Below are positions 60,084-64,000 of a stretch of 64,000 nucleotides of DNA, one piece after another. The translations under genes and the position numbers were made by a program. A model generated the notes under the pieces. The model saw nothing but the letters and a program-made list of their open reading frames with translations. It was not told the DNA's origin and searched no databases. The first letter of the stretch is position 1; each line of letters starts with the position of its first letter. Source of the stretch: Scyliorhinus canicula (Eukaryota); NCBI RefSeq assembly GCF_902713615.1, contig NC_052158.1:18906546-18970545 (forward strand), in the 5' to 3' direction.

Positions 60084-63000
60084 ATAGAACATAGAACATA
60101 GAACGATACAGCGCAGTACAGGCCCTTCGGCCATCGATGTTGCACCGACATGGAAAAAAAAACTAAAGGCCATCTAACCTACACTATGCCCTTATCATCC
60201 ATATGCTTATCCAATAAAATTTTAAATGCCCTCAATGTTGGCGAGTTCACTACTGTTGCAGGTAGGGCATTCCACGGCCTCACCACTCTTTGCGTAAAAA
60301 ACCCACCTCTGACCTCTGTCCTATATCTATTACCCCTCAATTTAAGGCTATGTCCCCTCGTGCTAGCCACCTCCATCCGCGAGAGAAGGCTCTCGCTGTC
60401 CACCCTATCTAACCCTCTGATCATTTTGTATGCCTCTATTAAGTCACCTCTTAACCTTCTTCTCTCTAACGAAAACAACCTCAAGTCCATCAGCCTTTCC
60501 TCATAAGATTTTCCCTCCATACCAGGCAACATCCTGGTAAATCTCCTCTGCACCCGTTCCAAAGCTTCCACGTCCTTCCGGAACTCAATCCCTCTACCAA
60601 TAAAGGCCAACACACCATAGGCCTTCTTCACAACCCTATCAACCTGGGTGGCAACTTTCAGGGATCTATGTACATGGACACCGAGATCCCTCTGCTCATC
60701 CACACTACCAAGAATTTTACCATTAGCCAAATATTCCGCATTCCTGTTATTCTTTCCAAAGTGAATCACCTCACACTTCTCCACATTAAACTCCATTTGC
60801 CACCTCTCAGCCCAGCTCTGCAGCTTATCTATGTCCCTCTGTAACCTGCAACATCCTTCCGCACTGTCTACAACTCCACCGACTTTAGTGTCGTCTGCAA
60901 ATTTACTCACCCATCCTTCTGCGCCCTCCTCGAGGTCATTTATAAAAATGACAAACACCAACGGCCCCAGAACAGATCCTTGTGGTACGCCACTCGTAAC
61001 TGAACTCCATTCTGAACATTTCCCATCAACTACCACTCTCTGTCTTCTTTCAACTAGCCAATTTCTGATCCACATCTCTAAATCACCCTCAATCCCCAGC
61101 CTCCGTATTTTCTGCAATAGCCGACCATGGGGAACCTTATCAAACTCTTTACTGAAATCCATATACACCACATCAACTGCTCTACCCTCGTCTACCTGTT
61201 CAGTCACCTTCTTAAAGAACTCGATAAGGTTTGTGAGGCATGACCTACCCTTCACAAAACCATGCTGACTATCCCTAATCATATTATTCCTATCTAGATG
61301 ATTATAAATCGTATCTTTTATAATCCTCTCCAAGACCTTACCCACCACAGACGTTAGGCTCACCGGCCTATAGTTACCGGGGTTATCTCTACTCCCCTTC
61401 TTGAACAAAGGGACCACATTTGCTATCCTCCAGTCCTCTGGCACTATTCCTGTAGCCAATGATGACCTAAAAATCAAAGCCAAAGGCTCAGCAATCTCTT
61501 CCCTGGCTTCCCAGAGAATCCTAGGATAAATCCCATCCGGCCCCGGGGACTTATCTATTTTCACCTTGTCCAGAATTGCCAACACTTCTTCCCTACGCAC
61601 CTCAATGCCATCTATTCTAATAGCCTGGGTCTCAGCATTCTCCTCCACAATATTATCTTTTTCTTGAGTGAATACTGACGAAAAGTATTCATTTAGTATC
61701 TCGCTTATCTCCTCAGCCTCCACACACAACTTCCCACCACTGTCCTTGACTGGCCCTACTCTTACCCTAGTCATTCTTTTATTCCTGACATACCTATAGA
61801 AAGCTTTTGGGTTTTCCTTGATCCTACCTGCCAAAGACTTCTCATGTCCCCTCCTTGCTCGTCTCAGCTCTCTCTTTAGATCCTTCCTGGCTTCCTTGTA
61901 ACTATTAAGCGCCCCAACTGAAACTTCACGCCTCATCTTCACATAGGCCTCCTTCTTCCTCTTAACAAGAGATTCCACATCTTTGGTAAACCACGGTTCC
62001 CTCGCTCAACCCCTTCCTCCCTGCCTGACTGGTACGTACTTATCAAGAACATGCAATAGCTGTTCCTTGAACAAGCTCCACATATCCAGTGTGCCCAACC
62101 CTTGCAGCCTACTTCTCCAACCAACACATCCTAAAGTCATGTCTAATGGCATCATAATTGCCCTTCCCCCAGCTATAACTCTTGCCCTGCGGGGTATACT
62201 TATCCCTTTCCATCACTAACGTAAAGGTCACCGAATTGTGGTCACTGTTTCCAAAGTGCTCACCTATCTCCAGATCTAACACCTGGCCTGGTTCATTACC
62301 CAAAACCAAATCCAATGTGGCCTCGCCTCTTGTTGGCCTGTCAACATATTGTGTCAGGAAACCCTCCTGCACACATTGTACAAAGAACGACCCATCTAAT
62401 GTACTCGAACTATATCTTTTCCAGTCAATATTTGGAAAGTTAAAGTCTCCCATCACAACTACCCTGTTACTTTCGCTCTTTTCCAGAATCATCTTCGCCA
62501 TCCTTTCCTCTACATCCCTAGAACTATTAGGTGGCCTATAGAAAACTCCCAACAGGGTGACCTCTCCTTTCCTGTTTCTAACCTCAGCCCATACTACCTC
62601 AGAAGAAGTGTCCCCATCTAGCATCCTTTCCGCCACCGTAATACTGTCCTTGACTAGCAGCGCCACACCTCCCCTCTTTTGCCCCCTTCTCTGACCTTAC
62701 TAAAACACCTAAACCCCGGAACCTGCAACAACCATTCCTGTCCCTGCTCTATCCATGTCTCTGAAATGGCCACAACGTCGAAGTCCCAGGTACCCACCCA
62801 TGCTGCCAGTTCCCCTACCTTATTTCGTATACTCCTGGCATTGAAGTAGACACACTTCAAACCACCTACCTGAACACTGGCACCCTCCTGCGAAGTCAAA
62901 TCTGTGCTCCTGACCTCTATACTCTCAATCTCCCGTACCCCAAAACTACAATCCAGGTTCCCATGCCCCTGCTGAATTAGTTTAAACCCCCCCAAAGAGC

Positions 63001-64000
63001 ACTAACAAATCTCCCCCCCAGGATATTGGTGCCCCTCAGGTTCAGATGTAGACCATCCTGTCTATAGAGGTCCCACCTTCCCCAGAAAGAGCCCCAGTTA
63101 TCCAGAAATCTGAATCCCTCCCGCCTGCACCATCCCTGTAGCCACGTGTTTAATTGCTCTCTCTCCCTATTCCTCATCTCACTATCACGTGGCACGGGCA
63201 ACAACCCAGAGATAACAACTCTGTTTGTTCTCGCTCTGAGCTTCCATCCTAGCTCCCTAAAGGCCTGCCTGACATCCTTGTCCCCTTTCCTACCTATGTC
63301 GTTAGTGCCAATGTGGACTACGACTTGGGGCTGCTCCCCCTCCCCCTTAAGGACCCGGAAAACACGATCCGAGACATCACTTCCCCTTGCACCTGGGAGG
63401 CAACATACCAAACGTGAGTCTCTCTCGCTCCCACAAAATCTCCTATCTGTGCCCCTGACTATTGAGTCCCCAATTACTAATGTTCTACTCCTTTGCCCCC
63501 TTCCCTTCTGAGCAACAGGGACAGACTCCGTGCCAGAGGCCCGTACCGCATAGCTTACCCCTGGTAAGTCGTCCCCCTCACAAGTATCCAAAACGGTATA
63601 CTTGTTACTCAGGGGAACGACCGCAGGGGGTCCCTGCACTGACTGCTTCTTCCCAGTCCCTCTTACAGTTACCCATCTATCTCCAGTCTTTGGTGTAACT
63701 ACTTCCCTGAAGCTCCTATCTATGACCCCCTCTGCCTCCCGAATGATCCGAAGTTCATCCAGCTCAAGCTCCAGGTCCCTAACACGGTTTTTGAGGAGCT
63801 GGAGTTGGGTGCACTTCCCACGGATGAAATCAGCAGGGACATTGACGGCGTCCCTCACCTCAAACATTCTGCAGGAGGAGCATTGTACTGCCTTCCCTGA
63901 CATCACCTCTAGATTTTAAAAAAAACAAGAAAAAGAAAAAGAAATGAAGAGCTTACCTGATGTTACCTCAAACCCTGCTCCCGCTGAAAGTTAAGCAAAT
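60083..64000 (-). mobile_element. Young CR1 LINE copy B, nearly full length, inserted in gag
   Basis: Open 309-aa ORF1 (62977-63906); ORF2 APE-RT in three frames (FADDTK); (TTCTATG)n tail. Near-identical by eye to copy A. Confidence 0.97.

Noticed and set aside
1-64000. Prokaryotic defence or operon-type system
   Set aside because: No operon structure, ribosome-binding sites or bacterial gene families; the content is spliceosomal exons and vertebrate transposons.

Overview
Vertebrate genomic DNA, not prokaryotic, and dominated by mobile elements. HE1-type SINEs with matching CR1 tails point to an elasmobranch, probably a catshark-like shark (inference). Host content has three parts: a minus-strand gene for a single cysteine-less IgV type-I membrane protein (signal, IgV, TM and one cytoplasmic exon, about 32.4-38.5 kb); a possible plus-strand 3' gene end with an ITIM-like tail (7.1-8.1 kb); and a CpG-rich promoter with a 28-bp NRF1-site minisatellite in front of a Kozak ATG/GT exon (49.0-49.4 kb). 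There are two LTR retroelements. A class I (gamma/epsilon-like) provirus at 12423-21205 carries a 2H-phosphoesterase-like remnant in pol. A young loki/foamy-like element at 52736-~60083 has UGA-CGG gag-pol readthrough, dual RNase H and no env; instead it carries a 114-aa membrane-protein ORF with its own branch point and acceptor. Also present: a near-intact FLYWCH-MULE transposon with 9-bp TSD, CR1, L1-like, RTE, Rex1, Gypsy and Harbinger remnants, a Penelope-type hammerhead ribozyme motif, and several modular SINE families. All calls were made by eye with no database searches; boundaries of degraded repeats are approximate.
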